Source: a bacterium (GTDB lineage Bacteria; Bacillota; Clostridia; Lachnospirales; Lachnospiraceae). Taken from it: a stretch of 64,000 nt of DNA. The stretch spans positions 28,185 to 92,184 of the forward strand of contig CAVFRH010000083.1 in assembly GCA_963624695.1 (NCBI GenBank), read 5' to 3'. Both the position numbers and the translations under genes were made by a program. This document shows, one piece after another, positions 43,373 through 52,136 of the stretch. Position 1 is the first letter of the stretch. Every line of letters begins with the position of its first letter. The notes below the pieces were generated by a model, which searched no databases, was not told where the DNA came from, and worked only from the letters and a program-made list of their open reading frames with translations.

Positions 43373-43401
43373 TTCTAATTTTTTAGAATTCTTTTCTAGA
43401 A
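43373..43401 (+). promoter_or_regulatory. candidate enhancer (UAS) palindromes upstream of the sigma-54 promoter
   Basis: TTCTAA-tttt-TTAGAA (43373-43388) followed by TTCTAGAA (43394-43401), 30-55 nt upstream of the -24 element. Confidence 0.35.
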
Positions 43402-43429
43402 ATCCCCTTTAAATGCTGAAATTCTAAGT

Positions 43430-43445
43430 TGGCACTTACTTTGCA
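43430..43445 (+). promoter_or_regulatory. sigma-54 (-24/-12) promoter
   Basis: TGGCAC-ttact-TTGCA is an exact match to the TGGCAC-N5-TTGCA consensus. It lies 80 nt upstream of the CitMHS ATG, and a GAFTGA-type activator gene sits next to the operon. Confidence 0.75.
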
Positions 43446-43525
43446 TTATATACAGGCAAATACATAATGAAATCCCTGGCCACGGATATTATGAAAATTC
43501 AAAGAAGGGAGATAAGAAACATTTT

Positions 43526-44860
43526 ATGTTAGCACTTATCGGTACATTAACTATCGTAATCATGCTCGTCCTGATTATGACCAAAAAACTACAGACATTG
43601 CTGGCACTGATCATTGTTCCAATCGTTGGCTGCCTCGTTGCCGGTTACACCGGGCTGATCACCGTGGAGGACGGAAGCTTTTCCCTGTCAACCATGGGTG
43701 ATTTTATCACCTCCGGTTTAAAGAGCATCGCACCAACGGGCGTTATGTTTATTTTTGCGATTTTATTCTTCGGCATTCTGACAGATGCCGGTACCTTTGA
43801 TCCGATTATCAAAGGCATTTTAAAAGTCGTAGGAAAAAACCCGGTTAAGATCTGTGTCGGAACGGTTATTCTTGCAAGCCTTGTTCACTTAGATGGCTCC
43901 GGTGCTGTTACCTTCCTGATCGCAATCCCTGCTTTGCTTCCTTTGTATGACAAGCTTGGAATGCGCAGAACCACTCTTGCTACCCTGGTTGCCCTTGGCG
44001 CCGGTGTTATGAACATGCTCCCATGGGGCGGACCTACCCTGCGTGCAGTAACCGCACTGGACACCACCATAAACGATCTGTATATCCCTATGGTTCCGGC
44101 CCAGATTGCAGGTATTGTCTTCATTATCCTGGTTGCAATTTTCCTTGGAAAGAAGGAAAAGAAACGTCTTGGCGATTCACTTGACAAAATCGAACTGGAC
44201 GACTCCACCTCAGCAAAAATCGAGGAAAACAGCTTAAAGCGTCCGAAGCTTTTTGTTTTCAATATTGCACTGATCATTCTGGCAGTTGTTGTTTTGATCA
44301 CATCCCTTTTGCCACCGGCTGCTGTATTTATGATTGCAACCGCAATTGCACTGCTGGTAAACTATCCGGACATCAAAACTCAGAAAGAGCTGGTCGATTC
44401 TCACGCAAAATCAGCCCTGATGATGGCAAGTATGCTTTTTGCAGCCGGTTCCTTTATCGGCATTATGCAGGGTTCCGGTATGCTGACTGCCATGAGCAGC
44501 GCTCTGGTAAGCCTGATTCCGGCTTCTCTTGGAAATGTACTTCCAACCATTATCGGTGTGATTTCCATGCCTTTGAGCTTACTGTTTGACCCGGATTCCT
44601 ATTACTATGGTGTTATGCCGGTTGTTGCCAATGCAGCAAGCGCCCTGGGTGTCGATCCTCTTATGATCGGCCGTGCTTCCATCATTGGACAGATGACCAC
44701 CGGATTCCCGATCAGCCCGCTGACCGGAGCTACCTTCCTTTTGACAGGTCTGGCAGGCATCGACCTTGGAGAGCATCAGAAGCATACCTTCATTTACTCA
44801 TTTTTAACCAGTATTGTAATGTTAATTGTAGCAATCATTATCGGTGCAATCAGCATTTAA
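43526..44860 (+). CDS. CitMHS-family (metal-citrate / organic anion) transporter
   Basis: N-terminus MLALIGTLTIVIMLVLIMTKKLQTLLALIIVPIVGCLVAG closely resembles the CitM/CitH N-termini. 444 aa, multi-pass. Confidence 0.8.
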   Translation: MLALIGTLTIVIMLVLIMTKKLQTLLALIIVPIVGCLVAGYTGLITVEDGSFSLSTMGDFITSGLKSIAPTGVMFIFAILFFGILTDAGTFDPIIKGILKVVGKNPVKICVGTVILASLVHLDGSGAVTFLIAIPALLPLYDKLGMRRTTLATLVALGAGVMNMLPWGGPTLRAVTALDTTINDLYIPMVPAQIAGIVFIILVAIFLGKKEKKRLGDSLDKIELDDSTSAKIEENSLKRPKLFVFNIALIILAVVVLITSLLPPAAVFMIATAIALLVNYPDIKTQKELVDSHAKSALMMASMLFAAGSFIGIMQGSGMLTAMSSALVSLIPASLGNVLPTIIGVISMPLSLLFDPDSYYYGVMPVVANAASALGVDPLMIGRASIIGQMTTGFPISPLTGATFLLTGLAGIDLGEHQKHTFIYSFLTSIVMLIVAIIIGAISI

Positions 44861-44891
44861 AAAATTCAACATTTTAAGAAAGGCATAAACA

Positions 44892-46244
44892 ATGAAAAAA
44901 ATCAGAATCGGAAGCGGCGCCGGTTATGCCGGAGATCGTATTGAGCCGGCAGTCGAGCTCATGGAAAAAGGAAACCTTGACTACATTATCTTTGAATGTC
45001 TTGCAGAGCGTACCATTGCCATCGGTCAGAAGGATAAGCTGGCTGACCCGACAAAGGGCTACAATCAGCTGCTGGAAGCCAGAATGAACAAAATCTTAAA
45101 GCTGGCAAAAGACAATCACATTAAAGTCATTACAAATATGGGTTCTGCAAATCCTCTGGCTGCTATGAACAAAACAGTGGAAATTGCCAAAGAACTGGGC
45201 GTTACCGGATTAAAGATTGCTGCAGTAACCGGAGATGACATTTTACCTCAAATCGACCAGTATTATGACAATCCTGTTTTAGAGCTTGACTGCAAGCTGG
45301 GCGATATGAAAGATTCTCTCCTGTCCACAAATGTATACCTTGGCTGCGACGGCATTTTAGAGGCTCTGGAAAATGGTGCTGATATTGTTATTACCGGCCG
45401 TGTATCGGATCCGGCCCTTTCCATTGCGCCACTGGTACATGAGTTTGGCTGGAACATCGACGACAATCCGGACCAGATGGGTCAGGCTGTCCTGGTTGGA
45501 CACCTGCTGGAATGTGCCGGTCAGGTAACAGGCGGATATTATGCAGACCCTGGCTTCAAGGATGTACCGGATCTTGACCGTCTTGGCTTCCCTCTGATTG
45601 AGATTGATGAAACTGGTCATTTCACCGTATCAAAGGTAGAAGGCTCCGGCGGACTTGTATGCGAGGATACCTGCAAAGAGCAGATGATCTATGAAATCCA
45701 CAATCCGGCTGCTTACCTTACTCCGGATGCTATTGCTGATTTTTCACATGTCACCTTTACCCAGCAGGGAAAAGACATTGTCGCTGCTGCAAATGCAACC
45801 TCTCACGGAAAACCGGAAACCTTAAAGGTAAGCATCGGTTACCGCGACTGCTTCACAGGAGAAGGCGAGATCAGCTACGGCGGACCAAATTCCATGGCTC
45901 GTGCAAAGCTGGCTGCAGATATTGTAGAAAAACGACTGAAACTCATTGGCTGTGAAATGGAAGAATTCCGTATCGACTACATTGGATTCAATTCTCTCTA
46001 CAAAGATAAAATTTCCAGTCAGTACGCACCGGAAGTATTTCCGGAAATCCGTCTTCGTGTCAGCGGCCGTACCAAGGACAAGGCAAATGCTGCTCTCATT
46101 GCAAATGAAGTAGAAGCTCTTTACACAAACGGCCCAGCCGGCGGAGCAGGTGCAACGAAAAAAGTATCTGAAATTGTATCGATCTGCTCCATCTTTGTTC
46201 CAAGAGACATTGTTGATATTCAGGTAAGCTATCAGGAGGTCTAA
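44892..46244 (+). CDS. DUF1446 (AtuA-like) family protein
   Basis: N-terminus IRIGSGAGYAGDRIEPAVELMEKGNLDYIIFECLAERTIA is characteristic of the AtuA/DUF1446 family. Confidence 0.75.
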   Translation: MKKIRIGSGAGYAGDRIEPAVELMEKGNLDYIIFECLAERTIAIGQKDKLADPTKGYNQLLEARMNKILKLAKDNHIKVITNMGSANPLAAMNKTVEIAKELGVTGLKIAAVTGDDILPQIDQYYDNPVLELDCKLGDMKDSLLSTNVYLGCDGILEALENGADIVITGRVSDPALSIAPLVHEFGWNIDDNPDQMGQAVLVGHLLECAGQVTGGYYADPGFKDVPDLDRLGFPLIEIDETGHFTVSKVEGSGGLVCEDTCKEQMIYEIHNPAAYLTPDAIADFSHVTFTQQGKDIVAAANATSHGKPETLKVSIGYRDCFTGEGEISYGGPNSMARAKLAADIVEKRLKLIGCEMEEFRIDYIGFNSLYKDKISSQYAPEVFPEIRLRVSGRTKDKANAALIANEVEALYTNGPAGGAGATKKVSEIVSICSIFVPRDIVDIQVSYQEV

Positions 46245-46248
46245 GATC

Positions 46249-46548
46249 ATGAAATTAAAAGAAATCGCACATTCAAGAACCGGTGATAAAGGAGATATTT
46301 CAAATATTTCTGTCATCGCCTACAAAGCAGAAGATTATCCTTTATTAAAAGAAAAGGTAACCTGTGAAAAAGTCAAAGAATACTTCGGTGAAATCTGCAA
46401 AGGAGAGGTCGTTCGCTACGACATCGACAGCCTCTGCGCCATGAATTTTGTTCTGGACAAAACCTTAGGCGGCGGCGTTACCCGCTCCCTGGCTTTGGAC
46501 AAACACGGAAAAGCCCTTGGAATGGCTTTGATGGAAATGGACATCTAA
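46249..46548 (+). CDS. DUF4387-like small protein, the usual partner of DUF1446
   Basis: 99 aa, MKLKEIAHSRTGDKGDISNISVIAY. It starts 4 nt after the DUF1446 stop. Confidence 0.65.
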   Translation: MKLKEIAHSRTGDKGDISNISVIAYKAEDYPLLKEKVTCEKVKEYFGEICKGEVVRYDIDSLCAMNFVLDKTLGGGVTRSLALDKHGKALGMALMEMDI

Positions 46549-46565
46549 CCTTTATAAACCTTAAC

Positions 46566-46606
46566 AATCGGAAAGAGAGATTACTCATCTCCCTTTCCGA
46601 TTTTGT
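46566..46606 (+). terminator. terminator of the sigma-54 operon, overlapping the 3' end of the convergent activator gene
   Basis: aatcggaaagagaga / ttactc / atctccctttccgatt followed by TTTG. Confidence 0.5.
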
Positions 46607-47915
46607 TATAGAGGGTTGCCAGAGAAATTCCAAGGGCCTTGGCTGCCTTTCTTTTCCCCTCCAGTGTATTTCCAAACTGCTCCAGTGCTGACATAATCTG
46701 CTGCCTTTCGTACTTGCGCACACGCTCTGCCAGAGTGGGGATTTTACTTCCGTTTCCTTCGCTCATGATGGTAGGCGGCAGGTCCTCTATGTCAATCTGA
46801 TTTTCATTTGTCATTAGAGCCGCATATTCCAGTATATTTTCCAGCTCCCGCACATTTCCCGGCCAGTTATAGCCTAGCAAAATTTCCTTTGCTGCTTCCG
46901 TTATTCCCATTTTTTTCTTATTCTGAATGGAAACCTTTTTCATATGATTTTCCAGCAGAGGGGCAATGTCTCCTTTTCTCTCCCGCAGCGGTGTCAAATA
47001 AAGAGGAACGGTGGCAATTCGATAATAGAGATCCTGTCGGAACTTCTTCTCTTCTACGTATTTTTTCAGATCTACGTTGCAGGCCCCAATGATCCGGACA
47101 TCGATTTCTATTTCTTTCGTTCCTCCGACTCTTCGGATCTTGTGTTCCTGAAGTGCCCGAAGCAGCTTTGCCTGCAGTGGATAATGCATCTCTGAGATTT
47201 CATCTAAAAATAAGGTCCCCTTATTTGCGATCTCAAATAATCCGGCTTTTCCACCCTTTTGTGCTCCGGTAAAGGCTCCATTTTCATAGCCAAACAGCTC
47301 GCACTCCAGCATATTTTCCGACAAAACAGCACAATTAATGGCAATAAAGGGATAGTTTCTCCGCTCACTTTCATTGTGTATGGCCTGTGCGTAAAGTTCT
47401 TTTCCGCATCCGCTCTCGCCCTGTAGCAGCACGGAAAGATCTGAATGTGCTACCTTCTTTGCCCTTTCAATGAAATTCATTGTGATCTCACTGCCATATA
47501 CAATCGAATCAAAATCATATCTGGTTCCGTTTACTTCCTTCATTCTTTCATCCAGGTATGACTCTTTTTCATTTAATTCTGCCAGCATTTTTGCCAGAAA
47601 TCTGGCACTTTCCAAAAAGGTAACGGTTGAAATTCCACCTGCAACCTTTCCATTTTCCCATATAGGATACATGCTGGCGAAGTATTCTTTTCCGTTTTCT
47701 ACCCGGTGCACCTGCTCCCGCATTTTTCCCGTTTTCATTACTCCCGGAAGCATAGCACCCGGACGAATTTCTATTAAAGGTCTTCCTTTTACATCATCTA
47801 ACTTATGCTCCACAAACTCTGCGTATGCATCATTAAAAAATACAATTTTTACTTCTTCGTCTACAATCAAAATGCCTTCTTTTACAGCATTTAGAATATT
47901 CTCGATCTTTTTCAT
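46581..47915 (-). CDS. sigma-54-dependent transcriptional activator (PAS - AAA+ - Fis-type HTH)
   Basis: Walker A GESGCGKE, the sigma-54 contact loop GAFTGA, Walker B FLDEISEM, VRELEN, and C-terminal HTH AAKALGISLATLYNKI. Confidence 0.9.
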   Translation of the reverse strand: MKKIENILNAVKEGILIVDEEVKIVFFNDAYAEFVEHKLDDVKGRPLIEIRPGAMLPGVMKTGKMREQVHRVENGKEYFASMYPIWENGKVAGGISTVTFLESARFLAKMLAELNEKESYLDERMKEVNGTRYDFDSIVYGSEITMNFIERAKKVAHSDLSVLLQGESGCGKELYAQAIHNESERRNYPFIAINCAVLSENMLECELFGYENGAFTGAQKGGKAGLFEIANKGTLFLDEISEMHYPLQAKLLRALQEHKIRRVGGTKEIEIDVRIIGACNVDLKKYVEEKKFRQDLYYRIATVPLYLTPLRERKGDIAPLLENHMKKVSIQNKKKMGITEAAKEILLGYNWPGNVRELENILEYAALMTNENQIDIEDLPPTIMSEGNGSKIPTLAERVRKYERQQIMSALEQFGNTLEGKRKAAKALGISLATLYNKIGKGDE

Positions 47916-48063
47916 TTCTTACCCAAATCCTTATACCCTTTTTGCAGATCTCTTAGCGCCACTTTCTCTGCATCACTATTATAGACAAACTCAGCTATTG
48001 TATTCAATATTCAAAAAAGAGAAAATGGCCACTGTACAAGGTGTACAGCAGCCATTCTTATCT

Positions 48064-48915
48064 TTAAACATCTGATTTTTTTGCAAAGATTTCAATTAAC
48101 AGTTCCAAAATTTTCAAATAGAGGTAAAGCACCGTATATGCAATACCAAAAGCACAAGACCACTCATATTTTTTGTCCATTCGGTTTTCAACCAACTCGT
48201 GTACTGCATCAAAATCCGATATCAGGAAAAGACACGCAACGATAACAAAGAATACCGAAAGTCCTATACTGATGGCCGGGTTTGCCATAATAGTGGAAAC
48301 TGCCTCTGAAAGTCCGTGCAGTCCCGGGATAAAGCTTATCACAAAGGTCAGAGCCGATCCGATCAGCAGCGTCAAAAAGACTGCACTTATGATCATTCTG
48401 AATTTATGACTTACTTTTATCCGTTTGCTGCAATACAGCAACAGAAGTGTAAATACTAGCACAACGGTAAGCAGTAGTGCGGTAATAGACATCCAGCGGT
48501 ATTCCGGTCTTAAAGCATCAGAAACAAATGCTAAAAGATATCCTTCTGAAAGAACATATATGGTGCCGGTTACCGGAACTATGGACTGGATAAAAGCACT
48601 TACGATTGCTGTCACCAAAGTAAGGATTGCTGCTCCTCCCAGAACAAAAGTTGCCTGCATCGAAAGTGAAATCTGAAAGACATCTGAGTTTACATTTACA
48701 AGAGCCGCTCCCGAACCGGTAAGCACCGGCTGTAAAATGTAATACAGGGCAATGCCCACTGCTGTCAGGATCATAAAGTAAATGGTCTTTGTAACAACTC
48801 CTACATAAGTTGCACTGGTAGATGCCTGCTCTTTCGCCACGGCATTTTGTATCTTCTTAATGACCGGATTTGCACCAAGACCGATTTTATTTTTTACGGT
48901 ATTTGTATACTGCAT
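48064..48915 (-). CDS. multi-pass membrane protein, tentatively Bax-inhibitor-1/YccA-like
   Basis: 7 predicted TM segments and a C-terminal YTVLYLYLKILELLIEIF-type tail. The family call is tentative. Alternative TTG start at 48939. Confidence 0.4.
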   Translation of the reverse strand: MQYTNTVKNKIGLGANPVIKKIQNAVAKEQASTSATYVGVVTKTIYFMILTAVGIALYYILQPVLTGSGAALVNVNSDVFQISLSMQATFVLGGAAILTLVTAIVSAFIQSIVPVTGTIYVLSEGYLLAFVSDALRPEYRWMSITALLLTVVLVFTLLLLYCSKRIKVSHKFRMIISAVFLTLLIGSALTFVISFIPGLHGLSEAVSTIMANPAISIGLSVFFVIVACLFLISDFDAVHELVENRMDKKYEWSCAFGIAYTVLYLYLKILELLIEIFAKKSDV

Positions 48916-49083
48916 AACAAATCTCACCCTTTCTTTCAAGCTTCTTAATTATTTTTTCTCTCTCATCTCTTTGTGCTTATTTATACGATTCTATTTCTTG
49001 AAGGGATAATTTTTGTTTGCCATCAATATTTTGTTGTATTTTATCATTAGTTTGCATCAAAAACCACCTCGAAAATTTCCGCT

Positions 49084-49683
49084 TCATTCCATAAGCACAT
49101 TCTTTCCCCTTGCACTGTACAGGTCGATATGGTCAAGATCCGCATACCCTTGTGAAAAGGCCGGAAACAAAAAGCCGCAGACCGCTTTTCCAGGCTCATA
49201 TTCTCCCTGCAAAGGGCTTATGGTACAGATGAGATATTTGTAGACATGCTCCGATTCTCCCTGATATTCTTTCGCAGAGGATTTTTTCGGGATATCGTAG
49301 ACTCCATAGAACAAAAAGATAGCATAGGACTTCTTTGGCTTATATTTTTCCATAACCAGGTCATAAAAGACATCCAGAAGCGCATCATTTTTTAGTTCAC
49401 ACTCCCGAAGCGCCATGAGAAGCTTCCATATATCAGAGTATCTCTTATCATCTTCCGAGAAATAATGCTCCTGAAGCTTTTCATTTGTGCTTGCGAATGG
49501 AACACTCTTTGCGAGAAGCAGATTTTTCTCTCTTTCACTTTCTGTAAGCTTCAAAAATGCCCGGTTAAAGCTCCCATCAAATTCTCCCTTTTCGTCCACA
49601 TAACAGCCTGCAATTCTTGAAAAATGACTTCGCTTCACCGTCATCCTTCTTGTAAGCTCCAGCATATCCTCACGGTTTATCAT
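49084..49683 (-). CDS. hypothetical protein, probably DUF4317 family
   Basis: N-terminus MINREDMLELTRRMTVKRSHFSRIAGCYVDEKGEF resembles DUF4317 proteins of Clostridia. This is from memory, not verified. Confidence 0.45.
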   Translation of the reverse strand: MINREDMLELTRRMTVKRSHFSRIAGCYVDEKGEFDGSFNRAFLKLTESEREKNLLLAKSVPFASTNEKLQEHYFSEDDKRYSDIWKLLMALRECELKNDALLDVFYDLVMEKYKPKKSYAIFLFYGVYDIPKKSSAKEYQGESEHVYKYLICTISPLQGEYEPGKAVCGFLFPAFSQGYADLDHIDLYSARGKNVLME

Positions 49684-49749
49684 ACTCTTTCTCCTTTTCG
49701 TCGGTGCAAAATCCCATACTAAAATTTTAGAACTGCTTTAGAACTGCCT

Positions 49750-51114
49750 TTATGCTCGCTTTTTCAAGGCTGCCTTAAATCGGAAGCGGAACAACACAAT
49801 GGTAAAGGACACTGCCAGAAAGTCGGCAATGGGCTCTGCCGTATAAACGGCAAATGTCTGATTCGAAGTCCAAATTGCAGGCACAATATAGATCAAGGGC
49901 AGCAGCAAAATAAATTTTCGCATAACTGCAACAATGATGGACTCCTTGGCACAGCCGATGGATGTAAAGGCCATCTGGCAGGCAATCTGGATTCCCATCA
50001 TAAAAACGCAGCCCAAATAAATTCGAAGGGCCGTTTTTGTAAATTCGAGAAGTGCCGCATCTGTCGTAAAGATGCCTGCAAACATCTGAGGGAAAAGCAT
50101 CGCCAAAAGCCATATAATCGTGGCATAAGCAAAATTGATCTTCAGCAGTAAAAAATAAGTTTCCCTTACTCTGTCCGTCTGACCGGCTCCGTAATTGTAG
50201 CTCATAATGGGCTGCGCACCCTGTCCGATTCCCTGAAGCGGCAGCATTGCAAACTGCATTACCGTAGACAAAATCGTCATGGCTCCAACTGCAATATCTC
50301 CGCCATATTTTAAAAGCGAAGAATTAAAGCATACATTTATAATGCTCTCGCTGGACTGCATTACAAATGTAGCGGCCCCAAGGGCAATGCAGGGAAGAAT
50401 AACATTCTTCGAAAGCCGCATATTTGCTGCCTTCAGCCGCAACTTTGTCTCTTTTCCGCAAAGGAAATGCAAAATCCAGATGCAGGAAGCCGCCTGGGAA
50501 ATCACTGTTGCAAAAGCCGCCCCCTTGACACCCATTTGGAATCCGAAAATGAAGATGGGATCCAGTATGATATTGAAAATGGCTCCTATAAGCACCGACA
50601 GCATGCCAACTTTCGCAAATCCCTGGGTTGTAATAAAGAGGTTCATGCCCAGAGTCATTTGAACAAAAATGTTTCCCACAGAGTAAATATTCATATAATC
50701 CACCGCATAAGAAATGGTATTTTCACTGGCTCCGAAGGCCAAAAGCAATGGCTTATTAAAGAGCAGCAGCAGAATCGTAAGCGTAACGGAAATAATGATC
50801 TGCAGAGAAAAGCAGTTTCCAAGAATCTGTTCTGCCTGATTCATTTCCTTTTTTCCCATACAAATAGATGCTCTGGGAGCACCTCCACTTCCAACAAGTG
50901 CTGCAAAGGCTGAAATAATGAGGATCAGCGGCATACAGACACCAAGTCCGGTAAGCGCCATAGCCCCCACATCTTCTATATGTCCGATATAAACGCGATC
51001 TACTATGTTGTAAAGCATATTGATCAGCTGAGCCGTTACGGTGGGGATTGCAAGACTGAAAAGCAGCTTTTTGACCGGTGCCTTGCCCAGATAATCCTTA
51101 TCATTTTTATTCAT
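49750..51114 (-). CDS. MATE-family efflux transporter
   Basis: 454 aa, 12 TM, N-terminus LLFSLAIPTVTAQLINMLYNIVDRVYIGH. Confidence 0.85.
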   Translation of the reverse strand: MNKNDKDYLGKAPVKKLLFSLAIPTVTAQLINMLYNIVDRVYIGHIEDVGAMALTGLGVCMPLILIISAFAALVGSGGAPRASICMGKKEMNQAEQILGNCFSLQIIISVTLTILLLLFNKPLLLAFGASENTISYAVDYMNIYSVGNIFVQMTLGMNLFITTQGFAKVGMLSVLIGAIFNIILDPIFIFGFQMGVKGAAFATVISQAASCIWILHFLCGKETKLRLKAANMRLSKNVILPCIALGAATFVMQSSESIINVCFNSSLLKYGGDIAVGAMTILSTVMQFAMLPLQGIGQGAQPIMSYNYGAGQTDRVRETYFLLLKINFAYATIIWLLAMLFPQMFAGIFTTDAALLEFTKTALRIYLGCVFMMGIQIACQMAFTSIGCAKESIIVAVMRKFILLLPLIYIVPAIWTSNQTFAVYTAEPIADFLAVSFTIVLFRFRFKAALKKRA

Positions 51115-51142
51115 GACTGCATCATTCCTTTCCGGTTCTTCC

Positions 51143-51619
51143 TTACTTTTCTTTGATCTGCTTTCCGCTCAGATGCTCAATGCTGATCTCGTAAAGCTGT
51201 GCTGCCCGAATGTCCTTTGCGATCTCCGCCTCAATTTCTTCCTCACTCGGATAATATTTTCTTGCAAGCTCCCGAACTCTCTCCTCCGTTTCGGCCGCAT
51301 CATTAATCAAACGGCACCTTCCAAAAACAACCGTACTCTGTACATAGGGAGCCCACTCTCCTTCTTTGTAATGCTCATTTCCGTAAACGGTAAAGCAAAC
51401 TTTGTCACTTTTTTTCAGGGAATCTACCTTATGTCCCACCTTCGCACCGTGAAAGAAAATCTTTTCCTGCTCCCTGTCATAAAAATAATCGATTGGAATC
51501 GCAAAGGGATAGCCGTCATCTCCGTTTACTGCCAGAACGCCGCGCTTTTCTTTTAACAGGAGTTCTTTTGCTTCTTCCTCTGTAATTGCTCTTTTCTGTC
51601 TTCTAAGTGGTCTGAACAT
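51143..51619 (-). CDS. pyridoxamine 5'-phosphate oxidase-family (flavin-binding split-barrel, Nim-like) protein
   Basis: MFRPLRRQKRAITEEEAKELLLKEKRGVLAVNGDDGYPFAIPIDYFYD. ATG 51619 is preceded by AAGGAGAAAG. Confidence 0.75.
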   Translation of the reverse strand: MFRPLRRQKRAITEEEAKELLLKEKRGVLAVNGDDGYPFAIPIDYFYDREQEKIFFHGAKVGHKVDSLKKSDKVCFTVYGNEHYKEGEWAPYVQSTVVFGRCRLINDAAETEERVRELARKYYPSEEEIEAEIAKDIRAAQLYEISIEHLSGKQIKEK

Positions 51620-51644
51620 ATTGTTTTCTTTCTCCTTTTCCCCT

Positions 51645-52136
51645 TCAAAAATCATTTCTTTTATTTTTCAGGACTGTTTCAAAATAATTCAATGACGGTC
51701 TTTTTGCTCTTTTTGTAATTTCTCCTGCCTCTTTTACTTCATCCTCTGTTGGCTTATATTTTTCTAAGATTTCATCTATTTTTTCTTTTTCCGCCTGGGC
51801 AGGAAGTCTTTTTGAATTCCTTATATATTTTAGTATAGCTGTATATTTTTTAAAACTTTTTTTTAATGTAAGCTCCGCCTCTATCCGATCCCTGATTCCT
51901 TTTTTCTCTAAGATGTTCGCAATTGGATAAAGATAATCTAATTTTTCTGCTCCTCTTTCATAGATAAATTCCAAGAGCCATTTGATCAGCTCCGGATCAA
52001 AGGCATAGATAAGGAACATATCTTCTATTACCCTGCTGTCGTAAGCCGTGACCTTACGCTTCCACAGCCTGGAAACATTTCGAAGTACATCGATTATTTC
52101 CCCTTTGGAAAAATCGTAAAAATCATGATTTTTCAT
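51645..52136 (-). CDS. DnaD-domain-like replication accessory protein (tentative)
   Basis: Overlaps the Rep stop by 4 nt. The segment DPELIKWLLEFIYERGAEKLDYLYPIANILEKKGI has the shape of a DnaD/DnaB_2 C-terminal domain. Confidence 0.45.
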   Translation of the reverse strand: MKNHDFYDFSKGEIIDVLRNVSRLWKRKVTAYDSRVIEDMFLIYAFDPELIKWLLEFIYERGAEKLDYLYPIANILEKKGIRDRIEAELTLKKSFKKYTAILKYIRNSKRLPAQAEKEKIDEILEKYKPTEDEVKEAGEITKRAKRPSLNYFETVLKNKRNDF

